Below are positions 13,461-25,802 of a DNA stretch of 64,000 bases, one piece after another; the stretch's first letter is position 1, and each line of letters begins with the position of its first letter. The stretch is from assembly GCA_951406725.2 (NCBI GenBank), contig OX597815.1, positions 144,522,001-144,586,000 on the forward strand, written 5' to 3'. The stretch comes from Octopus vulgaris. Its lineage: Eukaryota. The notes beneath the pieces were generated by a model. It had not been told where the DNA came from. It saw only the letters and a program-made list of their open reading frames with translations, and made no database searches. The position numbers were made by a program, and so were the translations under genes.

Positions 13461-14619
13461 ACTACTTCAAAACTTTTTTCCTTAATCCCTAGGACTCTAA
13501 AGGCCGATTGCCCCGTTTCCATAGCAAATAAGTGAACAACATCACAACATTCCCTCCTGAACGCGATGTTCGCCCATAGCGGGGTTCAAAGCCAGCAGTT
13601 TTTGAGAGGAAAGGACAAGACAATTATATCGACCTCAGAATTTAACTGGTACTTAATTTTATCGACCCCGAAGGGATGAAAGATGAAGCTAACCTCAGTG
13701 GGGTTTGAACTTAGAATGTAAAGAGCCGGAGGAAATGCTACTAAAGCATTTTGCTTGATGCACTAAAGAAACTGCCAGCTCACCGCATTATACATATTTA
13801 TACTTACATATATTTTCTTTCAGTAGAGGGAGAGAGAGAAACTCTAAGTGAAAGAGTCGAGAGAGATAAATAGAAAGACATGAAGATAAAGAGTAAAGAG
13901 AAAGGAAGAAGAAAAGAGGGAGAGCAGACATATGAGAACCGTGTCACATAGTGCGCAGATATCAATACATATCGAGGCGTATCAATTTACTAAGAAGGGA
14001 ATCGTATAAATTCACTGGATTAAATTAAAATATGGAGTTCAAGGATAATTTTCTTTTTAAGAAATCCATTATTGGGCAGTAATTAACACAATTAACTTGA
14101 TTCTTGGCAGTAATAATCATCTTTTCTATTTCTGTCACTACACATCTTGTTTCTTTCTTGTAAATCATTGACTGAGGATTTATCACACATAAAATCCTTG
14201 ATGAGTTTGTTTTTGTTCTGATCAGGTAAACATGATTAAGACGCTCCATCTGTGACCAACGAACTTCTGATCGCGAAAATCTCACGGATTATCCCCGATG
14301 GTTTCTCCTCAGGAGAGAATAAAGCCAAATATTGAAACTACGACGGTGCATCAGCATCCAGGCAAGTATGATGTAGTAATTGCACAAGTTTTCAAATCTC
14401 TTCCGAATGATAATTTTTGCTGCTGCTCACATTCAAATGCATTCAACTCAACTCTGAATGGGGTTGTTCCCACAACATTTCAACGAGTATGGCATCCGCA
14501 GACGACAACATACAGACCTGATCTGTCTCTCAATAACCAAGTGCAATATAGAAGCCGTATAGTTTGAGCACCACACTACATCACGCCTCTGTCTGTGGAC
14601 AAATATCAGGCCTTTTGTT

Positions 14620-15009
14620 TTGTTTACTCTTTTACTTGTTTCAGTCATTTGACTGCGGCCATTCTGGAGCACCACCTTTAGTCGAGCAAATCGACCCCAG
14701 GACTTATTCTGTGGATGCCTAGTACTTATTCTATTGGTCTCTTTTGCCGAACCGCTAAGTTACGGGCACATAAACACACTAGCATCGGTTGTCAAGCGAT
14801 GTTGGGGGGACAAACACAGACACACAAACATATAAACACACATAAATATACATATATATACATATATACGACGGGCTTTTTTCAGTTTCCGTCTACCAAA
14901 TCCACTCACAAGGTTTTGGTCAGCCCGAGGCTATAGTAGAAGACACTTGCCCAATGTGCCACGCAGTGGGAAAGAACCCGGAACCATGTGGTTGGTAAGC
15001 AAGCTACTT
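14620..15009 (-). mobile_element. Family-B SINE
   Basis: Reverse complement of family B. Confidence 0.85.
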
Positions 15010-15051
15010 TATTTCATTTCATTTGCCATAGAGGCTGTACAAAGATGTTAC

Positions 15052-15710
15052 AACCATGTTACAACTTCTAATTCCTCTAAGTGATCGGATTCGATCATCT
15101 TCTTCCGGCCATTAAAAACAACAATGAACCGAATGAATCAATCGATACGAAACACCGCCATTGCTTGCAAACTCGCGTTTCATCGAATCGTTCGATCGGT
15201 AGAAGCAGGTTTTGTGTGTACAAAGAGCAAGAAGGGGATTGTCGGGGGGTTGTGATCTGCGCCTAATGGGAATTTCTCGTTGTACATACTGATCCCTTTC
15301 ACAATTGGTGGTTCAGTGATTTTTCCAATCCCCTCCAGTTTAAATAAAGTTATCCGCTGATAATTTTGCGTATGTGCGGCTACAGGCATCTAAGGGCATA
15401 TCACACACACACACACTATTATCGAGCCGCCTTGTACAGTCTTCTGTAGACGTGTTACCATCGTCACCACCATAGTACATTCTTGACCAATATCGACCAC
15501 CACACGGTGTTCACCGCAACAGAGATTATAGAATGAGGAGTGAGTGAAACCTCAGCTTATGCGCAGAACTAACGACGGACACGTGGAGCAATACGCCGCC
15601 GGAAAAGCACTAATCGACGTGTGAGTTTACAGGTCGGAGTCTCGATCGTTGTCGGAATCAAGTGGATGAATCACTCCACGAACTAAAAACGGCCATGCAC
15701 TACCATCCAC
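15052..15710 (-). pseudogene. Degenerate 18S rRNA 3'-third fragment (rDNA orphon)
   Basis: Collinear conserved SSU motifs on minus: gtggatggtagtgcatggccgtttttagttcgtggag; gtgatatgcccttagatg; ctctttgtacacac; gatcacttagaggaattagaagttgtaacatggtt (canonical TTAGAGGAAGTAAAAGTCGTAACAAGGTT). Confidence 0.88.
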
Positions 15711-16114
15711 ATATATGTATGTAGGGGTGTACGTGTGTATGTGTTTACCTTTCTCCGAAATAATGTGGAAAGCCAGTCTTTTCAACCTAAAATTACATTG
15801 GTGGTATTTGTTCCGCACGAACTTCACAGACGTTCTTTTGTCACTCTCGCCGTTCTAAATGCAGTGAAGCAGTGACGAGTCGATTGTAAACTTGCAACTT
15901 ATGCACGCCATTGTTTACAGAATAGTTGATATAAAATGAATGAAAATAAACGGGCTTTTGATTATCCATACACTCTGTGTCGCTGAAATGTGGTGGAAGT
16001 CGGATGAGAATTAATAAATAATTATTCCCACCTGTACCAGGCGATAGTTTTGTACAGGTGGGGGAAGCCCCTCTACAGCAATTTCCCATAATGCAATACA
16101 ACAAAATCAACAAT

Positions 16115-16353
16115 TTATCTTTTATCTTTTACTTGTTTCAGTCATTAGATTGCGGCCATGCTGGGGCACCGCCTTGAAGAATTGTAGTCGAACAAATAAA
16201 CCCTAATACTTATTACAAATCGATCCTGCTACTTATCCTGCCGGTCGCATTTGCTGAACCGCTAAGTTACAGGGCTGTAAACACACCAATAGCACACATA
16301 CACAAAGACATGCACACACACACACACATATATATACACACACACATATATAT

Positions 16354-16394
<41 letters not shown>

Positions 16395-16592
16395 TATATA
16401 CACACAGACACATATATATATATACACACACACAACGGGCTTCTTTCAGTTTCCGTCAATCAAATCCTACTACTGTATCCTCGGGTCGAGGCTATAGTAG
16501 AAGACAGGTGCTTAAGGTACCACGCAGTGGGACTGAACCCAGAACCATGTGGTTGGGAAGCAAACTTATTATCATGCCGCCATGCCTGCACC
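16115..16592 (-). mobile_element. Family-B SINE
   Basis: Reverse complement of family B. Confidence 0.8.
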
Positions 16593-16762
16593 TAGATGGC
16601 GAATAATGATATATGTGGTTTTGTGGGTGGCGGTGGAGGCACGTTTCATAGTTTCTGGATGCAAGATTGACATACAGACACAGTCCACACAAACACATAC
16701 ATACATACATACATGTATGTATGTATGTGTGTGCGTGCGCGTGTGTGGTATACACTGAATAG

Positions 16763-17132
16763 TGGAGGCGCAATGGCCTGGTGGTTAGAGCAGCGGACTC
16801 ACGGTCATAGTATTGCGGTTTCGATTCCCAAGCCAGGCGTTATGAGTGTTTATTGAGCAAAAACACCTAAAGTTCCACATGGCTCCGGCAGGGGGTGGTG
16901 GCGAACCCTGCTATACTCTTTCACCACAACTTTCTCTCACACTTACTTCCTGTTTCTGTTGTACCTGTATTCAACTTTGTCACACTCTATGTCATGTGAA
17001 TCTCCCCCGAGAACTACGTTAAGGGTACACGTGTCTGTGGAGTGTTCAGCCACTTGCACGTTAATTTCACGAGCAAGCTGTTCTGTTGATCGGATCAACT
17101 GAAACCCTCGTCGTCGCGACCGACGGAGTACC
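16763..17132 (+). mobile_element. Family-D tRNA-derived SINE, near full length
   Basis: ggaggcgcaatggcctggtggttagagcagcggactc...ggtttcgattccc (A/B boxes); matches 42064-42440 inverted. Confidence 0.88.
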
Positions 17133-17430
17133 ACGATGCATTGAATGTAACAGTAATCGATATATTCAATTACAATAAAAGTATGTAAAGGAATATATTG
17201 CATCCGGAGTTCAAATCTCGCCAGCATTCACCTTGTCATCTATACGCCACTTGGTATCGATCTATAATGCCTACTTACCTCTTATGTCATTTACATACCT
17301 CTGATGTCTGTCAATCTATAAAGCTAATCAATAACCTAATCGATTCCATAGATTATATCTCTTCTTTCCTTTGCTTTGAGGTGAGTCACGTGAAATTTAG
17401 GCAGTATTTTCTAATTAGGTGTATGTGTAC

Positions 17431-17485
<55 letters not shown>

Positions 17486-17544
17486 AGGAAGAAGTGACGT
17501 TCGGTTTCATATAAAAAGGTTTGTTCACTTTGAAATACTCCTTC

Positions 17545-17699
17545 TCTTTACTCTTTTATTTGTTTCAGTCATTTCACTGCGGTTATTCTGTGTGGATGCC
17601 TAGTACTTATTCTATCGGTCTCTTTTGTCGAACCGCTAAGTTAAGGGGTCGTAAACACACCACCATGTTTGTCAAGCGATGTTGGGGGGTGGGGGACAA

Positions 17700-17730
<31 letters not shown>

Positions 17731-17895
17731 CGACAGGCTTCTTTCAGTTTCTGTCTACCAAATCCACTCACAAGGCTTTGGTTGGCCCAAGGCTATAGTA
17801 GAAGACACTTGCCCAAGGTGCCACACAGTGGGAATGAACCCGGAACCATGTGGTTGGTAAGCAAGCAACTTACCACACAGCCACTCCTGTGCCTA
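17545..17895 (-). mobile_element. Family-B SINE
   Basis: Reverse complement of family B. Confidence 0.85.
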
Positions 17896-18020
17896 CATGT
17901 TATATATGTTATATACGATACTCATTCTGTCAATCTCCTTTACCGAACCGCTAAGTTACGGTTTTTGCAAGCAGCGGAGGGAAAGACACAAAGATACACA
18001 CACACACACACACTATATAT

Positions 18021-18300
18021 CATCATCATCATCGTTTAACGTCTGCTTTCCATGCTGGCATGGGTTAGACGGTTTGACTGAGGACTAGCAAACCAGGAGG
18101 CTGCACCAGGCTCCAATCTCATTTGACAAGGTTTCTACAGCTGGATCCCCCTTCCTAACGCCAACCACTCCGAGAGTGTAGTGAATGCTTTTTACGTGCC
18201 ATCGGCACAGGAGCCAGTCAGACGACACTGACATCAACCAGCCTCGAATGATACTTTTTCTGTGCCACCGGCACGGGTGCCAGTCAGGTGGTACTGACGG
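18021..18300 (-). mobile_element. Family-C SINE-like element ((TGA)n tail, internal tandem units)
   Basis: catcatcatcgtttaacgtc...ccttcctaacgccaacc motif shared with 19191, 20040 and 28000. Confidence 0.8.
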
Positions 18301-18737
18301 GCTTCCCCATGGTTTCCATCGAGCATATTCACTCACAAAGCTTTGGTCACCCTGAGGGCTATAGTAGACGTCACTTGCTCAAGTGTCACACAATGGGACT
18401 GAACCCAAAACCGTGCGGGTGCAAAGCAAGTTTCTTTACGATATATCCACGTCTTAAATATAATTACAAATACAGAATTAAACAACAACAAAATTGACTA
18501 AAAAATACATTTGCATATAATATATCCATTTATTGTTATTTCTTGTGGAACCTCTAGGGTTTCAGGGAATTCCGGTTGGGAAACACAATACTGCCCTGGG
18601 ATATAATCAACCCCACTGACAAAGAAAACAAAAACAGAAAACAAAACGAAAGAAAAAAGTAAAAAAAGCCTTTTGCACTCTTAACACATCTATTTCAACC
18701 GAAATAACCGAGACATTACCCGGAAGAAAGAAGAAGC

Positions 18738-18792
<55 letters not shown>

Positions 18793-19119
18793 CTGTCAAA
18801 GAGAGAAGAAAGTGGAAACAGAAATAGGAATGAGAAATGTATAAAAGATGAAATTCAAGATATGGTGCCAAAACTAACAGTGTATGGTACAAGTGTATGG
18901 TACGCACAATATGTGTGTGTCTCTGTGTGTGTGTGTGTACTGTAAAAATATCACGTGCTTAATATATAGTGTGTGTAATATTTTTGAATCTACCTAATTA
19001 AACGACTGGGGAATGCATAAATCAAATAAAGGACTAAACACATGATAACTGAAAATTGTTATTTAAAAGAATATTCTAATTAGGGGTGTAAGTCGGTTCT
19101 ATTTAAAACACTACATACA

Positions 19120-19169
<50 letters not shown>

Positions 19170-19190
19170 TGCGTGCGTGTGTTTGTGTGT

Positions 19191-19690
19191 ATCATCATCA
19201 TCTCCATCACCGTTTAACCTCCGCTTTCTATGCTGGCATGGGTTGGACGGTTTGAGTGAGGACTGGCAAGCCAATGAGCTGCACCAGGTTCCAGTCTGAT
19301 CTAGCAATGTTTCTACAGCTGGATGCCCTTCCTAACGACAACCACTCCGAGAGTGTAGTGGGTGCTTTTTACGTGCCACCAGTACGGGAGCCAGTCAGTG
19401 GGCACCCGCATCGACCACGTTAGGATGGTGCTTTTTATGTGCCACTGACACAGGAGCCAATCAGGAGGCACTGGCATTGACCACGTTTGGATGGTGCTTT
19501 TTACGTGCCACCAGCAAGGGTGCCAATCAGGGGGTATCGGCATCAACCACCTACGGATAGTGCTTTTTATGTGCCACTGACACAGGAGCCAGTCGGGGGT
19601 ACTGACATCAACTACGTTCGGGTGGTGTTTTTTTACGTGCCACTGACACGGGTGCCAGTTGAGGCACTGGCATCGACCATGACTGACTGG
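19191..19690 (-). mobile_element. Family-C element with a 66-bp tandem array (~5 copies, 19361-19690)
   Basis: ggtgctttttacgtgccac recurs at 19361, 19427, 19493, 19559 and 19624. Confidence 0.88.
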
Positions 19691-19939
19691 TGCTTAACTT
19701 TGGAAATATACAATGAGTGACACAATGGGTGATATTAGAAAGTATGGCATAAAAATTTCTTGATGCTTATGATGATGAAACAATGAATATTATTTCAAAA
19801 CTAAAATATTATTAATTTAAAATAAAATTAGATAAAACGAATTTCTCATTTGCATATTTACAATGAATAAATATGTTAGTATTCTTTTCTAAATTTTATT
19901 AACATTTTCTCAGGCAATGACGAAAGACTAAGATCTCTG

Positions 19940-20416
19940 GAGATATGCTGTGACTGCGAAGACTCGGCAAATAAAGTGAGTTCATGGCTGTATCCTACAC
20001 CAGTTTCGCATAACCAGCCCCAGCCCATTCAAAAGTACCTTGGATCGTAGGGCGACATGATGTGCTTGGGGAGACCTATTGAGTCAAGTACATCAACATC
20101 AAAATGAAAATTGTAGATGTGATCTCCGTGCCGGTAGCACATAAAAAGCACCATCCGAACGTGGCCGATGCCAGCGCCGCCTTGACTGGCTTCCGTGCCG
20201 GTGGCACATAAAAAGCACCAACCGATCATGGCCGTTGGTACGTAAAAAATACCCACTACACTCACTAAGTGGTTGGCGTTAGGAAGGGCATCCAGCTGTA
20301 GAAACACTGCCAGATCAGACTGGAGCCTGGTGCAGCCTCCTGGCTTCCCAGACCCCAGTTGAACCGTCCAACCCATGCTAGCATGGAAAACGGACGTTAA
20401 ACTATGATGATGATGA
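19940..20416 (+). mobile_element. Family-C element
   Basis: ggttggcgttaggaagggcatccagctgtagaaac...ggacgttaaa(tga)n. Confidence 0.8.
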
Positions 20417-21247
20417 TAACTCCATTGAAAACCCATCTCTGCAAAATTTCATTAAAGAAATATATTTTTTAGAAAGTCGCGTCTGATGTTAACTCTTTCA
20501 GTATCTCTCATTTACTCTTTCTCTTTCTCTCTCTATACGAAGTAAAGCACGAGAACAAAATTTAACCAACCAGCCAATATTTATATTGGCCATTATTACA
20601 TAAAGGTGTTCTTATTCAATGGACCCAACTATCTAGGATGGGTTTTAGCATAATTTCCATTTCCCAAATTCAACTCGCAACGTTTTAGCCAATCTAAGGC
20701 TTTTGCAGAAACCAGGCACGTGCCGTCAGTAATTACTCAGGGTAAACAGTTGGCGACGTTTATGTAGCAAAACACGCAAAAAATAAGCGAAACATAGGTG
20801 CGCGACTGAGATGAAGGCAGATTTGCTTCTGCCTTTACGGCGCGTAAAGAAAACGTTGTAGGAATGTATGCAGCTCGTGTACTACAGTAGTACTATGTGT
20901 AGTTTAAATACTGAGAGCGAAAGGCGGGGGCGAATTATTCCTACATAATCTACAAAAAAATCAAATATTTTGCATTTTATGCATAGTAATCAGAGTAACC
21001 TTCATAATTTTATTGAATTAGGTGTATATTTTGACGTAAAAACAAAATGTAACTATCGATCTATTACATTCAGAGTAGGCACTGCCTACCTTGCCGACCC
21101 AGGCGGCACGTTGCAGGTAGGAACTTTTTCTCAAGAAACCTTGCGGTGGAGTCAAACGCAGAACCATGTGGTTGTGATGAGATCATCTTAACTACACAAC
21201 TACCACTGGATCCTATATGAAGCAAAATCACTTTGTAATAAACAATA

Positions 21248-21762
21248 TCTCTCTATATATAAACGGCAGTTTGTCTGTCTGTGTGTCTGTCAGGTTGTAC
21301 CCTCACCCTGGCCACGGCTTTTAACCGATTCTGATGAAACTTGACACACACATAGCCCAATGTCATAATTCAAAACTAACGCGGCGAAAATTTTGAAAAG
21401 TTTCACCAGTTCTGAAAAAAATCGATAAATCCGACATGGGGTCGAGAATCTGAGCTTTTTATTTGCAACACATTTTCTGTTGTAGTTTTCGCAACTTGCA
21501 ATCGATTTTCACCAAACTCATGGTGAAGCTTAATGTTACCCTAAGAAACTTAATTCTGACGTTAGTTTTCCATGCAATACCTTACCATCAGAAAAAATCG
21601 ATAAAATCATGCCATTTTGGGAAATCGCGTTCAAATTCAAGATTACATATTTTCGACAATATCTTTCACAAATTAGCAGGAATTTTTTAAAAATTCGCAG
21701 CGAGCATCATGTCTGCTCTAGGAGCTCTTACATACCCGGGCAATGCCGGGCTACGCTGCTAG
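21248..21762 (+). mobile_element. Non-autonomous Helitron, full length (515 bp)
   Basis: A|TCTCTCTATATATAAA start; 3' hairpin cccgggcaatgccggg then CTAG|T. Confidence 0.88.
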
Positions 21763-22093
21763 TAACAAAATAAAAAGAAGACTTACAGCAGAAAATACCA
21801 AATAAGTTGACAAAGAAGCTAAAAAGGTTTCAAAATTAAACATTTCAGAGATTAAAGTGTTCGACAAAATGTAGACCATATGCAACTTTGAAAGAACATA
21901 AGGAAAATGGCTTTGTGAACTCAGCTGCCAGTTACAGAAGAAATTCTTCCAGTTGCAGTTGGCAAGAGGGTCACAATCAACAATAGTGACTTGTAGCAAT
22001 ATATTTCATGTGGTAAATCGTTTAGGGTTAGCGATTTGTCCCTCGCAAAATGACTCAACATGTACCATACTTTGCTGAAATGTACATTTTTAG

Positions 22094-22246
22094 AAACTTT
22101 GGTCAGCAGATCATCTAGATGGACGTCTCCAACCAGTCATTACTTGTGGAAAGTTTGGAAAAGACTATAAATCACAGACATCTGACTGGAATTGGTTAGG
22201 ATGCCCCTACTGCAGTGTGTCAGGTTTTGAAAGTGATTGGTATCAT
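22094..22246 (+). pseudogene. Exon-like remnant encoding a degenerate PHD-finger-like motif
   Basis: tttttag acceptor then open frame KLWSADHLDGRLQPVITCGKFGKDYKSQTSDWNWLGCPYCSVSGFESDWYH; cut off by a family-C tail. Confidence 0.4.
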
Positions 22247-22435
22247 CATCATTCTTGTTGTCATTTAACATCCATGTTCCATGACAATGGATTGAACAGT
22301 GTGCTATAATCCGGTGGGTCCAAGGATGGCATGGTGTTCCAGTGTTTTCTTTGACATGGTTTCTACAACCGAATGCCCTTCCTAACGCTAACTACCTTTT
22401 CTTCCCTTTTTTTCTACCACTTTTCCTCCTTTTTT

Positions 22436-22474
22436 TATTTTTCTGATGATGGACAAATGTCCGAAATGTTTACG
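22436..22474 (+). ncRNA. Hammerhead ribozyme-like motif (decayed) in a Penelope-like remnant
   Basis: CUGAUGA-U-GGAC-AAAU-GUCC-GAAA-UGUU; stem I poorly preserved. Confidence 0.6.
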
Positions 22475-23325
22475 ATCTTTCTCTTTCCTTTTAAGCATTA
22501 GACTTATGACACCCGTGTTAAAATTTGTCCCTCTAATTGTGTTTTCTTGTTTTTGCTCATTCATCTCACACACAGACAGACAGATAGAGATACATACATA
22601 TATGTATATATACACATTCACTAGCAAAATTTTCATTACATACTCCTTTTTATGAAATTAATCTGTCAAGCCTGATAGACATGAAAGAAGTGTGAGGGAA
22701 ATGTGATATATCTCAGTTACATTTGGATGACGAAGCATGCTTGTTGGATGTTTTTAAGGCATAACAGGTGGTGTCCATATGCCTAGGTGTGCCTCTGTGT
22801 ATATATGTTTGTGCGTGTGTGAGTATATATATATACTGAAAGTGGTGACAGCGAGAAGATGGTTAATGTACTGAAAGAAGGGTTAGTTATTGTAAACACA
22901 TTCTTAGCCATTCAATACTGTGATGAAATTGTTTAACAAACAATCAACGACTGACTTGCTTTGCAGGAATTAATTGTGAAATTTGATATATTTTTCTACA
23001 CAAAGGATGCAATTTTAATTAATTACAAAAAGAAAGATATATATTTAAACAAGTTGCTCACTATATTACTCTATTTAACTATATGTTTTTCATGAAGAAG
23101 GCACCCCTGAAAAATTTCCGTTTATTTATAGTTTTATAGTTGTCACTCCTATCACCGTTCATTCACACAAACACTATATTTTATTCCATTGGCCTGGAAA
23201 AGAGCTGGCAAATCATGATAAGAGTAGACAAATGAGGTCAAATTACAGTGAAACATGCTTAGAGTTGTTACTATACTTGAGACAAAAATCAAACTATCTT
23301 CATTGCACGTTCCCCCATCTTAAGG

Positions 23326-23370
<45 letters not shown>

Positions 23371-23494
23371 TAAAAGGAATTCCAACCTTGTCTGATTTTC
23401 ATGTTTTATTTACAATCTTAGAATGATATAATATAAGATTATTTAATATAATAGAATAAAATAAAATAGTAGAATGTTAAATGTTCATTACGAT

Positions 23495-23539
23495 TGAACT
23501 AGTACTTTCATGCATTAAATTATGCAATCTTCAGGTTCA
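23495..23539 (-). ncRNA. Minimal type-I hammerhead ribozyme motif
   Basis: UGAAC CUGAAGA U UGCAU AAUUUA AUGCA U GAAA GUAC UA GUUCA: stem I UGAAC/GUUCA, palindromic stem III AGUACU, cleavage triplet CUA; AATAAA and (TA)n downstream. Confidence 0.75.
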
Positions 23540-23688
23540 TGTAGTAGTGGTGACAGTCATGCTTCACAATTTTTGACTGTAGCGAGATGGTTAAATCTGT
23601 GCCTTAAATACACCTGTGTGGGCTCCAGATTGCTAGGTTTTGCAAACTGTACTCTGACCAATCAGTGTGTAGCATCACTCAATTACTT

Positions 23689-23768
23689 AAGCTGATTGGT
23701 TGGTTTAGGAGTCACGCTTTGTTGAACATGTTCAACAAAGTGTGACGCCTAAACCAACCAATCAGCTT
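23689..23768. repeat. 80-bp palindrome (2 mismatched pairs, no spacer)
   Basis: aagctgattggttggtttaggagtcacgctttgttgaaca|tgttcaacaaagtgtgacgcctaaaccaaccaatcagctt. Confidence 0.92.
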
Positions 23769-23960
23769 GACAACCGATGCTGGTGTGTTTACGTCCCCGT
23801 AACTTAGCAGTTCGGCAAAAGAGACCGATAGAATAAGTACTAGGCTTACAAAGAATAAGTCCTGGGGTTGATTTGCTTGACTAAAAGTCGGTGCTCCAGC
23901 ATGGCCACAGTCACATGACTGAAACAAGTAAAAGAGTAAAAGGGTAGAAAGAGTAAAGAG
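23765..23960 (+). mobile_element. Family-B SINE 3' half
   Basis: gcttgacaaccgatgctggtgtg...gactgaaacaagtaaaagag. Confidence 0.85.
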
Positions 23961-24694
23961 AGATAAGCATATTAAAGGGGTCTGTGGGAACATTAATTTA
24001 AATAAAAGTGGTCTTGGTAGTGAGAAGGTTGGGAACCACTGCTCTATACCAATGACCCATGACTACAGACCTTAATCAGAGTTTACAGGATTTGAAACCG
24101 TGATCAAGCAGACTCAGTACAATGTGTGTGTTCATGGGTACTTGTATGTGCACATACAACAAACATAGAAGTGTGATCCAAACCCAACCTAAATACTACC
24201 TGCCAGGTAAGTGTATATAAATGTATATACATTTCATTGAACAAAGTCTTTGAATGTATTTCGCAGTGAGCGCATGCCAACCTAGATTTACTGAATGAAG
24301 ACATAATCACTTGTGTTATGACAGGAGCACCGAAGGCCACGCCCTCTCGTCTCATGGTGACAAGACAATGTAAACCTGCACAATCTCAACGTTTGTCAGA
24401 CATCACAAATTCATGGTAATCATTCATCCTGAATATACAATTATAACATAAACATTTCATTCAAGCAATTTTGTTTAGGACCAGAAAGTATCACAGCTCA
24501 GAACAGTTACTGATCTGGAAGGAGACATAATTATTTGGTTGTGAGAACACAGTTCACACACCTCAAACATGTACTATTGCTACACAGGTAAAGACTGTAG
24601 GTCACGTTAACCCTTTGCCTGTCCTACGTATCACATGCAATACACAAAACATATCTCCCTGGTGTCCATTCATCATATACGATGCACATTCCTA

Positions 24695-25035
24695 CGTGTA
24701 GTAAGAAGCTTGCTTCTCAATCATGTGGTTCCAGGTTCAGTCCCACTGCATGGCACTTTGGACAAATGTCTTCTACCATAACTTCAGGTCAACCAAAGCC
24801 TTGTCAGTAAATTTCGTGTGTGTCTGTGTTTTCCCCCAACATTGCTTGACAGCCAATGTTGGTGTGTTTACATCCATATAACATAGCAGTTCAACAGAAG
24901 AGTCCAAGAAACAGGCTTAAAAACAAAAAAATTAGTACTGGGGTTGATTCACTCAACTAAAACTTCATCATGGCTGTGCTCCAGCATAGCTGCAGTCTAA
25001 TGACTGAAACATGTAAAAAGATGACAAGATAAAAG
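24695..25035 (+). mobile_element. Family-B SINE (older copy)
   Basis: Collinear with the 41245-41705 copy. Confidence 0.75.
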
Positions 25036-25149
25036 ATACTGGAGCAAACTTGGGACGTATAGAAAGAGAGCTTTATGTTGCTCAGAACAGCTGAAACAAG
25101 GGCTAACTAAAGGTCCAAAAACAAGCATGGACAATTAGGACAAACCTAT

Positions 25150-25325
25150 GAAAATATGCTTTGGACGGGCAAAGAGTTCAAAAACACAAAGCCATCAAAC
25201 TGACTGGTAACCTTTCACTTAACACCCTCCAACCATCAACCAGTTGACATGATGTATATAACCACTGCAGCTCTGGTTGGTTCCTGCTCTTCAGAACTAG
25301 CAAACTGTGTATCACCATGTTCATG
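25150..25325 (+). mobile_element. L2/Crack-like LINE C-terminal remnant
   Basis: RVQKHKAIKLTGNLSLNTLQPS and SCSSELANCVSP resemble DRVQRKAIRLIGDPSL..LQPLSHRR and CSSELA..MPP. Confidence 0.5.
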
Positions 25326-25399
25326 TTCAATTGATTGATTCATTAAAAGGGCTATGAGAACCCTAATCTTTATCCTCCTTGACTTGGTAATTAAATAAA

Positions 25400-25802
25400 A
25401 ACATTAGAGGCCCTCCTTATATACTGATGATATCAAAACAGTTGGTGTTCAGATTGAATTTCTATAGGTTTAGTGTCTGTAGAGGAGGCATAGACAAAGA
25501 TTAACGCAATAAGGGGTTTAGGAAATGGCACATAAAGAAATAAAGGGCTAATCAGTGGAACATGGATGGTATGATACTCATCTGCTAATTCAGAAGGACA
25601 GGAAACACAGTCATAGGGGTTATATACACCATGTTAGTTGGTTTATGTTTGTAGGGTATTGTTAATGAAAAGTCATCAATCAGTTTTACAACTGTTTCTT
25701 CAACATGGTCTACAATATTTAAATGTGTTGCTTGAATGACAAAGCATGTGTTCCAAATGATTTTAAGGTTGTGACAGGTTGGATCATCTGCGTAGGAGTA
25801 CC
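25400..25802 (-). mobile_element. L2/Crack-like LINE remnant, opposite orientation
   Basis: YSYADD RT motif, then IVDHVEETVVKLIDDFSLT and CPSELAD. Confidence 0.5.

Noticed and set aside
14025-14600. Possible Tc1 transposase or LINE remnant
   Set aside because: Only vague motif resemblance in conflicting orientations.
15749-15786. 38-nt minus-strand micro-exon (ttttag...AAG|gtaaac)
   Set aside because: Splice signals are plausible but there is no recognisable peptide or partner exon.
16763-16840. tRNA gene
   Set aside because: The tRNA-like head runs into a multi-copy SINE body and does not form a complete cloverleaf.
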